Assembly (NCBI GenBank): GCA_004431415.1
Contig: QPMI01000530.1
Location: 62,001 to 126,000 of the forward strand
Reading direction: 5' to 3'
Length of the DNA: 64,000 nt
Origin: Cyanophora paradoxa CCMP329
Taxonomy: Eukaryota; Plantae; Glaucophyta
Below are positions 11,901 through 26,900 of the stretch, in pieces. The translations under genes and the position numbers were made by a program. A model generated the notes under the pieces. The model saw only the letters and a list, made by a program, of their open reading frames with translations. It ran no database searches and was not told the origin of the DNA. Every line of letters begins with the position of its first letter. Positions within the stretch are counted from its first letter, which is position 1.

Positions 11901-14900
11901 CTTGCAGAGACGTTCTTCACGGACATGCCGGCGAAGTACCCGAACCGGACCTGCAGCTCCGCATTTCGAGGCCGAATATCGTACACCAGAACGAGAGAAA
12001 CAGAGGGGCGCTCGACAGTGTAGAACCCTGCGCACGTGCACAATTCTTAAATCAACACAGAAACAATGTGGGGTGAGATAGCTATAGCTATAGCCGACCT
12101 GTGAATTTCGAGGCACTGGAAACAACGCCTGAGCTGCTTCGACCTCCCGCGACAATTCTGAGAGCGATTTCAGGGGACAACCGCTGAAGCAAAATGTAAT
12201 TGTTTCTAATTATATAGAGCGCACGTTGTGCAGGTAAAGAAGTCCGATCCGAAGCCACCGTATTCGACATCAAGGAACCCTGAGACAGCGGCGTTGTCCG
12301 AGCTGGCGATAATCCGACCATCTGCGGCCGATCGTAAATGCGGTGGAATGCCGCGGAAAGCCGACCCCATGCGTTGCGCACAGGCAGGGTCGATGAGCAT
12401 GGGCTGATGGCTTCGCTGCATCCACAAAACATATTCCCCGCAGGCGCCAATCAAGGGCGGGTCGGTCTTGGAGACGCTCTGGTAGCTTATCGAGCCGGAC
12501 ACAAGTTTCGGTACATATAAGCCTTCCAGAGACACGACCTGGCGCCAAGACTTGGGGGGCGGGCTCGCCAAGTCAAGCTCCCTGAGGCGCCAATTTCAGC
12601 ATGTCGAACAGAACAAAGCTTTTTAATGTTTAGGAGCGGAACTCACTGTATCGAGGCGGACGTGGCGTTGGCCGCCCAGCCAATATACAGTTTTGTTCCT
12701 ATCCTTGAGCACTGGTCGTAAGCTGCAACGAAGAGGCCCGGAGCGATGCTCTCTGTAACCCAGCCGGTTGTTTCCGACCACCTGCAGAAATGTCGCGTCA
12801 TTTTAAGAGTTTTATGTTGCAAATTTCAGAGACTATAGACAAAGTACCTCAGCAGCGCGGAGCTATTCGCCAGGACCCAATACGCCCCGCTGAAATATGT
12901 ATTGCCTGCGAACGATTTCGAAAACATTTAAGCATGCAAAACATAGAGCTTTAAATGTAAAAACGTGAGCGCACAGTGCGCGACCAGAGGTACGGGCATA
13001 GGCGGCATGTCCTCTCTCGAAGAAAGGGACACAGGGAAGCGCCAGAAGCTTGCGGAGGCGGCCGACGTGCTCGAGTCGAAGCCGCCGCTGCACCACACGT
13101 ACCCGTTCGTTTTCTCGTCCCAACTGCAAGCGGCCGCGCGCGCGTTCATGGGTTGCGTCACGCTCGACGTGCTCCATGCGTCGGTGTCTGCGTGAGAGAC
13201 AATAAATTTCGAGACGGGAGCTCGAGCCCAGGCCAAGCCCACCGGAGTCATACACGTGGACCTCGTTGACGGCCGACTGACTTTGAGTCATGCCACCGAT
13301 AATAAGGAGTTTGTAGCCTCCGGTCGCGTTACGGAACAACACGCCAGCTACATCTTGTCGGCCGGCGAAGCTGCCAGGTGCAACCGGCTTAATCTCGAGC
13401 ACTTGCGGGACTGCCAACAGGAGAGTAAGCGTCAACAATGAGCGGTCCAAAAGTATAGATATGCGAACCTAGGGTGGTGAAGATAGCAGCAGGCGACGGG
13501 CTCGACGTGCTGCCGCCTATCGTCGCGTTCGCCGTGCAGCTGTACGTCGTGTTCGGCAGGAGGTTCGTCGCCACAAGCGTTGCCGTGCCCGTCTCGTTGT
13601 TGATGCTCGTGGTCGCGTTGGACCACGTCGCGTCGAGGCCGCTCGAGCTCGTGGGAATGCAGGTCGCCGACACGCTGTCCGCAGGCAAGCCCCCGTTGAA
13701 ACGCAGATTCACCTTCAGCGAAACCGAGCGCGCTGCAATCGAGGTGGCGGCGATCGATGTCACGCCGGGAAGCCCGTCGCTCTCGTAGGTGCCTGCCCGA
13801 AAACAGTTCGGAATCTCGCAAGTACGCCTTATTCTATAAGCAAAACGAACCTCCGTAGCGGTAGACGGACGACAAGGGCTGATTGGAAGATGAGGCGCCT
13901 CCCGCCGAGTACCTGAGACCGACCGCGATCAGCAGCTGCGGTGCGTGCTGAAACGATATACAAGCGACGGGCGCACATGGTGCACGTGAAGGTGTCGGAG
14001 CCGTACGGCGCATCGTACACCGCAGGGAAAAGGCCCGTGTTGACGGCACTCACCGCGTCGGCAACAACTCGGTTCGCTGCGCAAGATCACATCGACCGAG
14101 TTGCACATGCGATTGCATCAATGGCCGAAACGCACTCTCCGGGTCGATCAGGACTGGGCGGTAAGACATGCCCACCCACATCAGCAACTGCATGTGTGGC
14201 GCGTTAGAACCGTGAAACAGTTGATTGCTGAGCAGGGCGGGGCGGGCGCACGTCGCCGCAGCCGCTGAGCATTGAAGGCGAGTTCGCGCCGAGATTCGAG
14301 AGCGACACGGACGAGAGCGTCGCGACTATGCGCCACTGCTTCGGGCTGCTCGCCGCCAGGTCGATCTCGCTGAGAGCAACCGTGCGTGAGACTTCTAGAT
14401 TTTGCCGCGCCAAGCTCGTGCTTCACGTACTAGATGTCGTTCGTGGACGATCCCGCAGCGAATCCGACATACCACTTGCTCCCTGCGCCGCCCGTCAAGG
14501 CCTAGATAAAAACAACATGTACATCATGTACATAAGACTTGGCTAAGCTCACCGAGTCTGGCGCTCGGGGCGTAGGGCCGCAGTACAACAGCCGGCGAGG
14601 ATGCAGCGACTGTCTCGAGGGACCATCCACTCCGAATCGACCACCTGCGTGCACACTTAAAATTCAACAGAGCACTTCGAAAGGGTAAGATTTGTCCGTG
14701 CTCCCACCTGAGTAGGCTGCCTGCGGTCATCTGAGCACTGGAGACAGCGGCGCTGCCCCCGGCCGTGCCTCCCGTCAGCCACAAGAAACCGTTGTAGAAC
14801 GTGCTCGCTGCGAGAGCCGCCGGTGTGAGCGTTGCTGGCAATTGCGACACCACCAGCCAGAATATAGCTACCGTGTGCGTAAATAGTGGTGGGGATGGGA

Positions 14901-17900
14901 GCTTGGTTGGTGCGGATGCTCATTGACGTCGGGAAGCTCCAGAAGGCACTGGATCCAGACGAGCCCGTATATCCACCGGTGCAGAATATCGTCGCACCGT
15001 CGTCCCACGCGCAGGAAGTGCTTCGAGCGGCAACGGGAGCCGTGATTGCCACTTGCTCCCACGTGTTTGCAGCTGCGCACGCGAAGCAGACCAGTTCACG
15101 CATCAGCACTCGCGATCGTCATACAATGCAGGTCTTGCCATTGCAGGTATGAAAAATGCAAACGAACGACGCGCCTGGTTCAAAAACATACGCTTCGTTG
15201 ACAAGCCCCGTGCCTCCGGCCACCGTCGCGCCGCCCACGACCAGAACCTTTCGAGCGCCCGTCTCGTTGTAAAACAGAACACCAGCACCCATGTAGCGGC
15301 CCGAGAAGGGAGCCGTGCCAAGCAAAACCGTCTCCATCGAGTAGGCTCCTGATCATGAGGCCAAGTGAGGTGAAATTAATCAAGTAGAGGCAGGAAAACA
15401 TGCGATGCGCACCCTTCGTTGTGAACGGCGGCGACGTTACGTCACTCGACGTGCCGAGTGCGTTCGTTGCGTTTGCTGTGCACACGTACGTTGTATTTGG
15501 CGAAAACCCCGTCGCCGTCAGGATCACCAGACCGCGGCCGGGCGAGACCGCTGATTGTCTGCTCCAAACCATCGAGGCCGTGTTAAGATCGGAACAGCTT
15601 GCGGCAGCGCCCGTGATCCACTGTCCGCTGTTGTAGCGGAACCTTATCCACACCCGCACTGCACGCTGCCCGACATCTCCGACCAGGACCGACTTGACCG
15701 CGGGGAGGCCGTCCGTCGGGTACGAGCCTGCCCGCTCTCTCTCAGCATTCCGAGAAATGAAACGAATTCGAATAACTTGCAGACCGTTCAAGCGGACGGC
15801 GTCAGAAGAGTACAGGCTCGAGAACAACTCTAGCGAGCCGGCAATCTGCAGCTCGCTAGACAGCGTCTCACCTGCTGCAACCAGGCTGCGCGTTGCTTCA
15901 AAATCATGTACTAGGCCCAGGGAACCATCGTGGGCACGAACGTGGTGCATGTGTAATAGTCAGAGGCGTAAGTCCCAAAGCGCTTCCCGAAGACCGGATC
16001 GGCGTTGACGGATACAAATTGATTCGAGACCACGCTCCCAGCTGCCGAAAGCGAGCCGTGGACGTCAGCTCGAAATCCAGACCCGAATTTTGCAAAGCAG
16101 TGTTCTGTGAGCACCCGACGGCTCGACGAGGAGGGGTCGCAGGCCTTTCACGCCGACGAGCAAGTAGTCGCCGCACGTTCCCAGCACGGGTGGCTTGAAC
16201 ATGTTGTTCGGCTTCACCGTCGCGATGTTCGCTTCGTCGTGGGCCACGCTGAATCCCGGCAGAGTCGCGACAGTCCGCCACGTTCGCGGGCCGGAGACCG
16301 TCAGGTCCACCTCGCTGCGGCAGCGGTCAGACGCGACGCGTTGTGGATTCGGCCCCAAGCCCGCCACTCAAACGCACTAGATTACGGGCGACATATCGTA
16401 GTTCCCCCACCCAAAGTACCACTTGCTGCCTGCGGGAGCAAGCGGGGAGTCACGCCGCAGACGCCTCGCTCAACTGTGCAAAGAGGATTCCGCACCGAGG
16501 CGAGCGCATGTCGCGTACAAGTAAAGCGGGGGCGCCCCCGCCGCAGCCGCTTCAGTTACCCATCCCGTCGCCTCGGACCACCTGCTGCGCTGTTAGAGGC
16601 TGAGAGGTTTCGGGATGCGCTCAAGCTTGGCGCAGCACCTGTACAGAGGCTGCGCGGTGCCCGAGCTTGTCGCCGCCTTGTTCGTCCAGACCCATCCATC
16701 GTACACAGTGATGCCTGCACGCATTGAATCAAGCGGCTGCCCAGCAGAGAGCCGTGGCCAGAGGCGACGCACAGTTGCCCCAGATGTTGATCGCGGCTGG
16801 CAAATCTGGATGCGTGTCCGTCCGGCTAGTTAAGGACACTGGATAGCTCCAGAACTTCGACAGCACCGCCGAGGCCGTCCTACCGCCTGTCGAAAGCGCG
16901 GAGCGTGAGCGAAGTGCAGCCGCGAAAGAAGCGATGCGTGCCTGCACAGTAGATGCGCCCATGGGGGTCCTCGTCCCATGCGCATGCAACATTCCTGGCT
17001 GCCACGGGGAGCGTGACCCCGGCCGCGCTCCATGAGTCCGTGTCTGCCGAAAGGCGACTCGGATCTGCAACTCGTACCGAAACCGAAAACACAGCGCATC
17101 GCGATGGCTCACCGGTGTCGTAGACAAAGATGGCGTCGGACACCGCCATCTCTCCCGACGTGGAGCCGCCGGCCAAGAGCAGCTTCAGGCCACCTGTGCC
17201 GTTGTAGAACGCGGTGCCTCCAGTGAACCAGCGCCCAGCAAAGAATCCCGTCGCCAACGACCGCATTTCCAGACTGGCCGCCGCTGCGAAACGCGCTCAC
17301 GTGTCGGTCATCTAAATCTGGGCAGCAGTAGTTTTACCGCACCTGTCGTGAAATTTGCAGTAACGTCAGGGCTCGTGACCCCCAACGTGTCTGTTGCGTT
17401 TGCAGAGCATGTGTAGGTAGTGTTTGACGCCAGGCCACTTGCGTGCAGGTCCGCTGATCCTGCCGTCGGTGCAACGGCGGCGCTGCCGCTCCAGACCAGG
17501 GAGCCCGTGCCCGAGTCGCTGCAGCTCGCCGCGGCGCTCGCCATGCCGTATCCAAAATTGTAGCGGAAAACGATGCGGATCACCGCTGACGACTGCCCGA
17601 TGCTCTCGACGCGGACAGAGAGGACGCGTGGCGCCAGATCCACGAGGTACGAGCCTGCCGAGCGTGCTCAGCGTGCACGTGGGGATCCACGAATTCTTCT
17701 CGGATTTAAACATTCGCGAGCGCACCGCTGATGCGGTACGCGCTTGCCACAACGGCGCCGGACGCGTTCTTGCCTGCTGCAGCGACTCTGCAAGGACGTA
17801 AGAAGCGCAGCTTTTGTGCGGAATTGGGGACGCACAGCGTGCAGGTGAATTGGTCCGAGTCATAAGCGCTGTGCTGGAGGCCAAACATCACGCCGTAGTT

Positions 17901-20900
17901 CGCCACCGTGGCGAGCGTCGAGACGACGGAGCCCGCTGCGCAAGCGTCATCGAAGTGCACGCCTGGAGTTCGAAAAAAGCGAGCGACGCACTCATGGGGT
18001 CGATGAGGTACGGCTTGTATCCGCGGCCCACGTGCAGCAGCATGTCGCCGCAAGCCCCGAGCACTGTGCCGTCGTCGTTGCCGACACCCACCAACGTCGT
18101 GACGAGCCGCCAGCTCTTCGTGCCGCTCGCGGCCAGGTCGATTTCGCTGCGAGAGTCTAAATTAGCGGCGATGCGAGCGCGCGCTGAAGAGAAAGCACGC
18201 ACTAGATGTTGGTGGAGCCTGCGGGCGTGCCCGTGCCCCACCCCGCGTACCACCTGCTCCCTTTGCCCGAGCCCAAGTCAGCGTCCAAAGCTTATATACA
18301 GAATAAGACGAGAGCCAGCTTTACCTATGCGTGCACAGGGCATGTTGACACGGAATGTGACCGGGGACTGCACGGCCTCCGTGACCCACAGCTCCGTCTC
18401 AGAGTACCGGAGGAGCTTCCCGGTGGCAAACGTCGACACGCCTCCGGTGATCTGCGCATGTGCACGCACTCGGTGGCGAGAGGGCAATTTTAGTTCGTAT
18501 GTTCGCACCCATACACGGCCCTGGAAGTGTGTCATGCAGTGGCCCTGCAGGTCGGAAGGCGTCGGCGTGATGGGCGCTGCCAGCAGATCCGTCCGCCGCG
18601 TGAAAGTGACCGGGAACGAGAAGAACTGCACGCGGCTCGACCCCGCCGCGTCGCGCCCGCCCGTGCAGAAGATCGTGCTCGCGTGGTCCCAGGCGCAGGC
18701 AAGCGACCGGACGCCCGCAGGAATCGTCACGTTGGGCGTGTACCACGTGTTAGAGTCTGCGAGAGCTCCTAGTCAGCTGTAGCACCTTATCTACGGCTCA
18801 ACCGCACGCACCAACATCGAGCACATGAACGCTGTCGTACTGCGTCGCGCTCGTGGCGCCCTCGCCGCCGATGACTGCGAGTTGCAGCCCGCTCGACACG
18901 TTGCGGAACAGGACGCCAGCGGGCGACCAGCGCCCCGCGAACGGTCCCGTCGCCAGCCGAGTTGTCTCGATGTTTTCAACTGCGCGCAAGCGTCGACGCC
19001 AGCGAGGGCTGCGCCGCCCCAAAGATCTAGATGTTTCAGGAACCCACTTCGTGTGATGAAAGCCGAAGAAGTGACGTTTGGCGAGGTCCCCAGAGCGTTT
19101 GTAGCGTTTGCAGTGCAAGTGTACGTCGTGTTCGGCCAGAGACCCGTGACCTGCAGGCGAGCGGTGGAGCCCTGCGGGACCGCCACCTCCCCTGCCCAGA
19201 CGGCCGCGCCGCCGCTGGCGGGGGTGCACATCGCGGCGGCGCTCGTGATCCATTGCCCGCCGTTGTACCTGAACCGCAGCACGACTGTCGCCACGCGCTG
19301 GCCCACGTCGAGTATCTGAATGCGCGAGATCGCCGCGCTCGGGTCGACGGGGTAGTTGCCTGCAGCCGATCGGAGTTTAATCTGGGAAGCCAAAAGCTCG
19401 CGAGGTCCGGCCGGTGGGCGCACCCTTGAGGCGGAGAAGAGTCGAGGAGTACCTTCCGGAGCTAAAAGATACCGGTCCGAACCCGAAATCTCCGGTCGCG
19501 GCGAATGTGGTGCAAGTAAGCTCATCGGATGCGTAAGCGGTAACCGCGAGCGGGAAAACGGGCAGAGCGTTCGACGCTTGGATTCCCGTCTGCAGGACCG
19601 TCCCGCTCGCAGGCTCGACGACCACGGGCTCGTACGGCCTGAAGGCCACCACAAGGCGCTCGCCGCACGCGCCCAGCACGTGCCCGTAGTTCGAGGAGAA
19701 GCCGGTGAAGCCGCTGATGGTCGCCACGAGGCGCCACGTTTTCTGGCCGACGGGCGCCTCCAGATCGAGCTCCCTGAGAGGGGGTTAGAACCCAAAGCAT
19801 GCAACCTGTGAGCAAGTATTCTACATATGAATCGCACCAGATTCGAGCCCCAACTGACTCGGTCGAGCTCCAGCCTGCGCCATGATAATCGCGAGTCAGG
19901 AAACGCCGAGGCCTGGCGGCGCATCTCGACAGACAGCGCGTAAGCGTACCGAAGTACCATTTCGTCCCTGTCATACCAAGCGAGCACGCCGGAAAACAGC
20001 GATCAGGTTTGCGTTCTCCGAAGACACAGGAGTCTAGCAAGTCGCACCGATGCGGACACTCGGCGCGTAGAAGTTGAAGACGACCGAGCCCGAGGGCGTC
20101 TCGGAGAGCCAGCCAGTCGCCTCGGACCAGCGGAACACTGTGCCCTGGCCGCCCGTGGGGATGGCGCCGGAAACCCAGACGAAGCCGCCGAACACCGTGA
20201 GGCCTGTGCTTGTTTAGTCTCGACAGGCGAAATCGCGGCTTTCGAAATCGCGCACTGTGGGAGTAAAGTGCCTGCGGCATGTCCGCGAGGAGCTCTGCGT
20301 ACGTGAGCGCCACGTCGTAGCGCCAGAAACTCTTCTTGTAGCGCGCCGCCCCCGCCAGAGAGTCGTCGCCGCCTGCGCGGGGTCAGCATCGCCTCGCCTC
20401 TGGTCTGGACCGCAGCAGCGCGGCCGCCGGACGCGCCTGAGCAGTAGATGAAGCCGGAAGGGTTCTCGTCCCATGCGCACGCGGCGCTCCGCCCAACAAA
20501 GGGCTGCGCGATGGACGCGTTGTGCCACGTGTCTGTGCCTGTTCGTCGCATTTGGGAGCGTCAGTCAATGCACAAAGATCAATGAAGCACGGTTCAGAAT
20601 TCGAATGCACCGACGTCGTAGAAGTAGACCTTGTTGATTGTCACGGTATCAGAAGAGACGGCGCCGCCCGTCAGCAGCATCTTCAGGCCGCTCGTGCCGT
20701 TGCGGAACATCGCGGCCGTCGAGAGCCACATGGGCGCGAACGCTCCTGGAGCCATAGTCCTCATCTCCAGGTCCCCAGCAGCTGGCGCCGTCGAGTCAGC
20801 AGGCGTCAGCACGCTCGAACATATTGAACAGCTCACCCGTTCTGAAGGAAACCGCGGCCGAATCCGGCGACGTCCCGAGAGAGGCCGTCGCATTTGCAGT

Positions 20901-23900
20901 ACACGTGTAGGTCGTGTTGACGCTAAGGCCGGAGGCGATTAGGCGCGCAGAGCCCGCTTTTACGGGGACCGCCTCAGAAGTCGCCCAGGCGCTCGGCCCC
21001 CCGCTTGTGGGACCGCAGCTCGCGGCCACGCTGAGCACTGACGCGCCGCCGAAGTACCTGAAATACACAACGACGACGGCAGATGTCTGCGTTATGTCCC
21101 TTATCTGCACCGTCGGCGCTTCCGGGGTGTCCGGGACCGGGTAGGTTGCGTTGACGAGAATTGACTCGTACGAGTTCGGATAACCGCCACCCATGACAAA
21201 CCTGGCCGGTTTGTTCTCATTGAGGAATCATTTCGCACTTTGCAATACAGATGCGCACATGGAGCACGTGAAAGAATCCGAGACAAAGGTGCTGTAGAGG
21301 GTAGGAAGGAATGGCCCCGTGACGACCGCGTTTGCCTCGCTGATTACCGCCGGATTCGCTGAGCATGTGCACACGTACAGGCGATAGGATGAGTGCTTGC
21401 AACAGGGCTTTACATAAGAAGGACACCCAATTACGCACCTGAGGGGTAAATCATCATGGGGCGGTAGTACTGTCGGGCCCAGAGCAAGTAGTCCCCGCAA
21501 GCTCCCAGCCCGCACGCTTCACTCGTGTCGATAGAGCTGAATACCACGTTTCCGGACACCAACTTCGGAGCCGACATGCTGGAAAGCGAGATGACCAGGC
21601 GCCACGGCTTCGGACTTGCTGCCGCCATGTCCAGCTCGCTGTAAAGGATCAGAACAGGAAGGCCAACGATGGAATGTAAAAATCATTGCACTGAATTGCC
21701 GCAGTGCCAGCCGACTGGCCCCATCCGATGTACAGCTTTGTTCGAATAAGAACGCATTGGGCATAGTATCCGATTGCGAGCCCTCCGACAATACTGTCGG
21801 CCACCCAGCCCGCCTGCGACGTCCACCTGCGTCACGGTTCTGTGAGTTCTTTTGACTGCACACATATAGAAGGCTGGAGCGTGAACCGGTACAGAACGTT
21901 TCCGCCAGAGAAAGCCTGCGCAAGCATCAGAAAGCGAGGGGAACGCTGCGGCCGCGGGAGTCGCGCACATAGTAGACGTTATTGTAGAAGAATGCGCAGT
22001 GCCCAAACATTCCGATCGGCATCGGGGGCAGGTCCTCCCGATAGGCAAGAGAAACGGGATATCGCCAAAAGTTCGTCATCGGTGCACCGTTGTAGCCGCC
22101 TGTACACATCAAATGAGCACCTGTATGTTTAACAGGACAGGAATCATCGATTTCAAGATCGAATGCACCGCTGCACCAGATGTATCCGTTCTCGTCGTCG
22201 TCGTATGCGCAGGCCGCGTTGCGAGAGGCCGAAGGCTGCGTTGCACCCGCCGTACTCCACGTGCTCGAGTCTGCCGATCATATTGGTCAATGCAAGGCAC
22301 GCACTAGCACCGGTGCAGCAACGTCCGAAATGGCGCACCAACGTCATTAACAAGCACGCTCGAAATGAGAGATGCACTCTGGCCACCCGAGCTGAGAATC
22401 TTGACTCCACTCGAGCTCGAACCGTTGCGAAAGACAGCGGCGCCAACCCACCACGGGCTCGGAAAGCTGCCCCCGGCCTTGACTGACAGCTCCAGCGTGT
22501 GCGGAACTGCAATCGGCTCCCTTAGCATGAAATCGAGAGGCCAATGTATGGTCTTTGTGCTTACAGAGAGTGGTGAAGACAGCGGCCGGCGACGGGTTTG
22601 ACGTGTTGCTGCCGATAGTTGCGTTTGCAGTGCACGTGTACGTCGTGTTCCAGGCGAGGTTCGTCGCCGTGAGCGTCGCTGAGCCCACGTTGTTGTCGAC
22701 GTCCGTTGTCGCGTCGCTCCATACGTCCCCTAGGCCTCCAGCCGCGGGAACGCAGCTCGCTGCTACGCTGTCGACGGGCACGCCCCCGTTGAAAGTCAGC
22801 CGAACAGTGAGGGTCGCGCTTCGAGATGTGATGCCCGACGGAAAGACAGAAAGCACGCCGGGCTGCCCGGAACCGGGATACGACCCTGCGCGAGATGGTG
22901 AGAGGCCCAAAGCGGAACACGGCGCAAACATTGAGAAGCCGAACGGGCCTGTAATGCGATATGCGGAGCTGGTCAGACCCAAACCCGTCGTCGTCGTGTC
23001 GCCAGTCGCGGCCACTCTGCGAGCAATCATTGAGCGCCCCGGTCCCCGAGTATCACGCGTTATATCCAACGCACGTGAGGCACGTGAAGGGGTGCGATCC
23101 ATAAGCACTTTGTCGGACCGGAAAGCCCCAACCGAGAGTGGGGTTCGTGTAGCCGCTCATCACCGAGTTGTAAATTGTGGCAACGATGACCGAGCCGGCT
23201 GCATGCCCACGTTAGTCGCTGCAACTTTGACGCCATCCGTAAGGAAAGAAAACGCGCACTCGTGTTCAGCGGGTCGATGAGGACAGGCCTGATGCCGTAC
23301 CCGACGAGAACGAGCAGACCGCCGCAGGTCCCCAGGACGGACGCGTCGTCCGAAGCGGCGAGCGCGGCGAACGATGCAGACGACGACGGTGCATTCACTG
23401 TTAGTAGGCCGCTCTGCGTGACCTTCGGCACTTGCAGGGTCGAGAGGGAAATGATCTGCTTCCAGCTCTTGGGCGCCACGCCCAAGTCCAGCTCGCTGTA
23501 CACGTTTGTGCGTCAGACACGAAAGAGAATCGGCGGATGCAGCAGAGGGACGAACTAGATTGAAGGCGACGGTGAACCCGAAGCCCAGCCGAAGTACCAC
23601 TTGCTGCCGAGCCGCGCATGGGAAACTTGGGAAGGAACTAAGTTTGTGGAGCCGCCCGACAAGGACTCTGTGAGCCAGCCCGTCGCCAGTGACCACCTGC
23701 GCCATGCAATCAGCGCTCAGCTGCGGGGCGTTGTATTTAGAGCTGGCGCCCTCACCTCAGCAAAGTCGCGCCGTTCGAGTAGCCCGTTGCAGAGCCTCCC
23801 GCGATCTGACGAGGGTCGCCAGCGTCAAGCTGAAGATCAGGCGTCCAAGCAGGTTTGCAGCTAGATTATGGAGCGCCTAATGCAGACGTCGACGGCGCCA

Positions 23901-26900
23901 TGGCTATTGCACGCACATAGACGAACGTGTTAAAGAACGTCATCGCGTGCCCCTCCATCGCCAACGGCATATTTGGAAGGTCGGTTCGGGAGGCGAACGA
24001 CGTAGGGAATCTCCAAAATAGCGCGCTGACGGCGCCTCCGGTGTGTCCCCCTGCCGCCGTGCAGACGTCACGATAAGGCGGAAAACCTTGCACTTCGGAC
24101 AGGTTGTGCTTCGCGCACCGCTGCAGTAAACGCTGCCGCTGAAGACCTCATCCCATGTGCACGCGGAGTTCCGGAGATTAGCAGGCAGCGTCGCAGTCGC
24201 GGTTTGCCAAGTGGTCGTGTCTGCCGCATCAGTCGACGTCAGACGCGTCGGGCCGGAATACGTGCACGAGCTCTCTATGCCTTCTGCGCACTGAGGTCGA
24301 AGATCTGAACCGTGTTGACAGTGACGGATCCGGCACCGTCCGTGGAGCCGCCGACGACTGCGAGCTTGAAGCGGCCGGTCTCGTTCTGCAGCAGCGCGCC
24401 CGCCGCCCTGGAGCGAGCCGCGAAGGAGCCCAACGCCAGCACGGCCGTGTCCAGTGTGTGCGCAACTGCAAACGAAGTAATTATAAATATAAGCATAATC
24501 GACCTAAAAACTCTGTGAACGGAAGCATGCGCACGGAAGGTCGTGAACGACGACGAATTCGCGACCTCGGACGTGCCGAGAGGGTTGGAAGCCACGGCGG
24601 AGCACGAGTAGGTCGTGTTGGGCGCAAGGCCCGTCACGCGCACAGTGACGGACCCGGCGCGGTCCAGCACCGGGACGGTCGAGCTCCAGGCAATGTTTCC
24701 GGGTCCGGCAATCGCCAGCGCGCAGTTCGCGGTTACGTTTGTGATGGAGACCGGTGGACTCCCGTTTGACTTGAACCGGACCTGCAGAGTCGCAGCTGTG
24801 GCAACGATCTCGTACATTAGCACGGCAGAGATAGCAGGCAGTCCGTCGCTGCCGTTGATTGTGCCTGCAAATACAAATCTCAGAATAGAGAGCTGCAAGA
24901 GAATTGTGCTTATATAATTATTCGCACCGTTGATGCGTATAGCGGCAGTGTAAATCGATTCGGCGTTGGTCGCGCTTATGGCCTTGCCCTGGCCAGCTAG
25001 CCTGCATCCGCAGGCGTCTGCAAAAGAAAGCGCAGAGCAAAGCAAAGAAAGGGACAAAAAAAGGGGGGGGGGGAAGCGCACGTCAAGCACGCAAACGCTT
25101 CCGACCCGTACCCGCTGAAAGCGGCCGGGAAAGGAGGGCCCGTTACGACTGCGTTGGAGGACGTAGCGACGACGGTGCCCGCTGCGCAGAGCGGATTTCG
25201 AATTCGTAAACGAGCTAGCATTTATGGTGTGAGATAGACGTACCGGTCGGGCTGATGAGGATCGGGGAGTACCCTCGGCCAGCGTGCAGCAGCAGGTCTC
25301 CGCACGCGGCCAGCAGGGTACCTTCCGTGGTGGCAATGGCGGACACTGTGGAGCTCGAACCGGTGAATTGGGTCACGCTCACGCCCGACAGAATTATCAC
25401 TCGTCTCCACGTTTTTGATCCGAAAGGGAGCGACAAGTCCACCTCGCTGCAAAACGAAATCAGTGTTTTCTTTAAGTTTTCTTATATATTACCCGGGCCC
25501 GCTTATAATGACATGACGGACTATAGTTCATTTACTAATTTCTAGCTTTGCATTCGCAGTGGACATTTACAAAGAGGCGAGTACGCGCACAAGATTGCGG
25601 GCGCCCCAGTGGATGTAACCGTCCCAGAGACGAACCACTTGGAGCCTGCCGATACAGCTCAGCTCTGGCGAAAAACAAAGCGAGCTGATGAACTGCTTAA
25701 ACAAATTAGAAAATTCCGTGCAGTGGCGACGTAGCTATCAGGGCAGGAAATAGGGGGGGGGCAGAGAAGATAGTTATGTGTGCAAACGTAATGAGGGAAG
25801 CGCCGCGCACCTATGCGGGCGTGGGTGCAGTCGAACGGGATATTCACATCAAAGACGGCGACGGTCTCGATCCTCCAGCTCGCTGAGGCACTCCACCTCA
25901 GAATATTGTTGTAATAGTGCCCTCCAGTGCTCTGCGGGGGCGAGCTAGAGGGTCAGTCTGCAGAAAGAACCGGCACGCCATAGCTTGGAGCGCTGAAACT
26001 ATTTATAAGTGCTCTGCGGCCGCAGGGGCGAGAGTCGGTCTCCGGCACCGGCACCGGAAAGAACCGGCACCGCATATGCATTGAAACTATCTAATGACGC
26101 CATAGCTCGGAGCGTGCATTAAAAACAAAACTATCATCTAATAAAGAAACTATCTGAATAAGCGCGCACCATAAAGAATCCTCCGTAGAAGGTGGCACCT
26201 GGCGGGCGTCATTTGTAAATGGTATTACAAGTTCTGAGGGCAACCTACGTATACTCACATTGGCCGTAGTTCATGTGCGAGTGAGGGGAAAGCTCGAGAT
26301 CCTCGCGCCGGTCCAAAGTAGTTGGGAAGCGGGAGAAATTCCGATAGTGCCAGTTATTGTCCGACCAATGGCCACCTGGGTGAAAGTTTGAGCGTAGATC
26401 TCGCGGTCGAGCTGCGATGAAAAGTTGAAGCGTACCCAAGCAGTAAATGTAGCCAGCAGGATTTTCGTCCTGGGTGCGTTGACAAGCGTTGCATTGGCAA
26501 GCGCGGCACCCAGCCAGACGACCAAGCATAAGCAAACCGCACCCATGCACAAGCGGACCGAATCAGCCTCTGAGGGAGCGTGGCGTTGGCGAGGGACCAG
26601 CTGTTTGCCTCGAGGTCGAAAACGGAAATCGTGTTCTGCGCGAGCGACGTGCCAAGATTTTCCGAGCCGCCAACGAATGCCATCTTGAAGCCGCCGGAGT
26701 CGTTAGAACTGCGGAACAGAACGGGGGCGCTGAACCAGCGCGGGCTGTGCACGCCCAAGCTCGAGTTGAGCTGGACAGTCTCCAGGAAAACGGGCACTGG
26801 CAATGGGAGAACGCATTATTTAGTCAGAGCAGGATATATATGCGATAAGCCAGCTCAACTTGCGCACTGTAAGTTCTGAAAGAGGTGGAGTTCACGCTTC